Assembly (NCBI RefSeq): GCF_009914755.1
Contig: NC_060937.1
Direction: 5' to 3' (one strand)
DNA: 64,000 bases
Source: the human T2T-CHM13v2.0 reference genome, Homo sapiens
Every line of letters starts with the position of its first letter. The first letter of the stretch is position 1. The translations under genes were made by a program, and so were the position numbers. Under the pieces are notes generated by a model that saw only the letters and a program-made list of their open reading frames with translations, made no database searches and was not told the origin of the DNA. This document shows positions 59,846-64,000 of this stretch, piece by piece.

Positions 59846-61314
59846 TTCTCTTCAACAGAAGGCTGTACTTGCATATAGTATATAGTCATCTGGAGCTTGG
59901 GAATTTTTTTGACTAGGTTGCATCAATTGCAAATAATGCTGTGACATTCAAACTTTAATTGCAATAGTAATTATGCTGAAATACCTTCCTTAAACTCAGT
60001 TTCTTCTTCTATTAAGAAGAGCCAGTGATAGAAATGGTCTGAGGAATAAAGCTTGTCTCTGAAGCACTGAAATAACAAGTGGTGGTGGCAGGGGTGGGGT
60101 TGTGAGGGAGGCTTCGTTGAACTCAACTTTGGATAGTTTATTTATTTCTACTCTTTGAATCATAAGGAAAATCAAAGAAGAGACTTTATTAATTCTTAAC
60201 ATGTTTAGGACTCTTAGAATTTGGGGATATAAACACAGTGTCTGTGTTTTGGGCTATAAGTGTGTATTCTTTAATTTTGGGTGATTTGGGGAATTTGGTT
60301 AAAAATGAATAAGTATTTGTAGTAGTAGCGCATTTTTTGTATTTTGATTATGATTACATAAGTTCCTTAGTATGATTTTTCTCATGGCAAAAGCCCCAGA
60401 TATTGGCCTTGTTATTAAGAAGATAATGCTTCACATGTTCTCAAGTCATCTGTTCAAGATGACATATGTTTTATTAATTTCTAATCTAAATCATTATCTT
60501 CAATGTAGTTAGACATGACAATTTATTATTGAGGATTTAGTTTGGTTATTGGAACTTCATTAAAACTATTTGTATAACCCATGTTTACCCAGATTGCATT
60601 GACCTAGAAAAAGTAACACATACTAGAGTAATGAGACTTTGTCAGAAGAATGTCCTTCATCCCAGCTTCCTTCACATTCCTCTATTTCTCTCGTAGTGTC
60701 TAGTGGGTTGTTTCATGTTTGCTTTTAAATAGTATTGACTGACATATGTGCTGCTTGATAGCATGATCATTTACTTTTCCTCTGCCCCCAGATTTTTGTT
60801 ATACTTAGTACTTCTTCCGTGATGGCCTTTGTCAGTGCAGGCAATTTGATGATGATAGCTATTGCTGTATTTAGCATCTTGGTTGTTGGTACCAAGAAAA
60901 GAGGAGATCTTCACCTCTAATCCATTTTTTTTCAACAAAATTATTTTTTTGAATAATTTCCCATCTACACAGTGTGCCATTTACATGTGTAGATGGGAAT
61001 ACAGAGAGGATTAAGGCACAGTTCTTCCCCATAGAACAATTGAATCACATGTGGTATTTGCAGCAAAAAGAAGAACAAAGTGATGGGAATAATTTTTAGA
61101 TATGGGTGTCAAGAAAATCTTCATCAAGAAGGTATTTCAGAAGGATGAACTAGAATTTACTGTGAGGTTGAGGTTTAGAGTATTTGGTGTTGGCAAGTAC
61201 GGCTGTTGATGTATGAGAGGAAGGAGAAGCTTTTTTGATGTGTGGGTACATGAAGCATCATGGTGTCTTCAGAGAAGCTGTATCAATCTTTAGAGAATTT
61301 GAAAAGAATCTTCA

Positions 61315-63965
<2,651 letters not shown>

Positions 63966-64000
63966 TGTCCCCCCAACACCCCTCCCACATTTGATTGATA

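Overview
Primate (hominoid, most likely human) genomic DNA. It is AT-rich, CpG-poor and Alu-dense, and lies entirely inside the PAN3 gene (PAN2-PAN3 deadenylase regulatory subunit) on the + strand. Only two true coding exons are visible: a 162-nt phase-0/phase-0 cassette-type exon (15729-15890) and a 148-nt exon carrying the PABP-binding PAM2 motif (38776-38923). The introns hold a full-length, disabled, sense-oriented EEF1A1 processed pseudogene nested in an old L1M element, a U6 snRNA pseudogene, a solo THE1/MST LTR, a MADE1 palindrome, several MER DNA-transposon relics, L1/L2/MIR fragments and about 40 Alus. Nearly all ORF-track entries are Alu or low-complexity artefacts. I found no novel multi-gene system. 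The best leads are at RNA level: candidate PTC-containing cryptic exons (one pair directly after a long CA repeat and separated by a tidy 81-nt GT-AG intron), the splice-dependent context of the PAM2 motif, inverted Alus around the cassette exon, and small unexplained retro- or templated insertions. Repeat boundaries were read by eye and are approximate unless a TSD is quoted.
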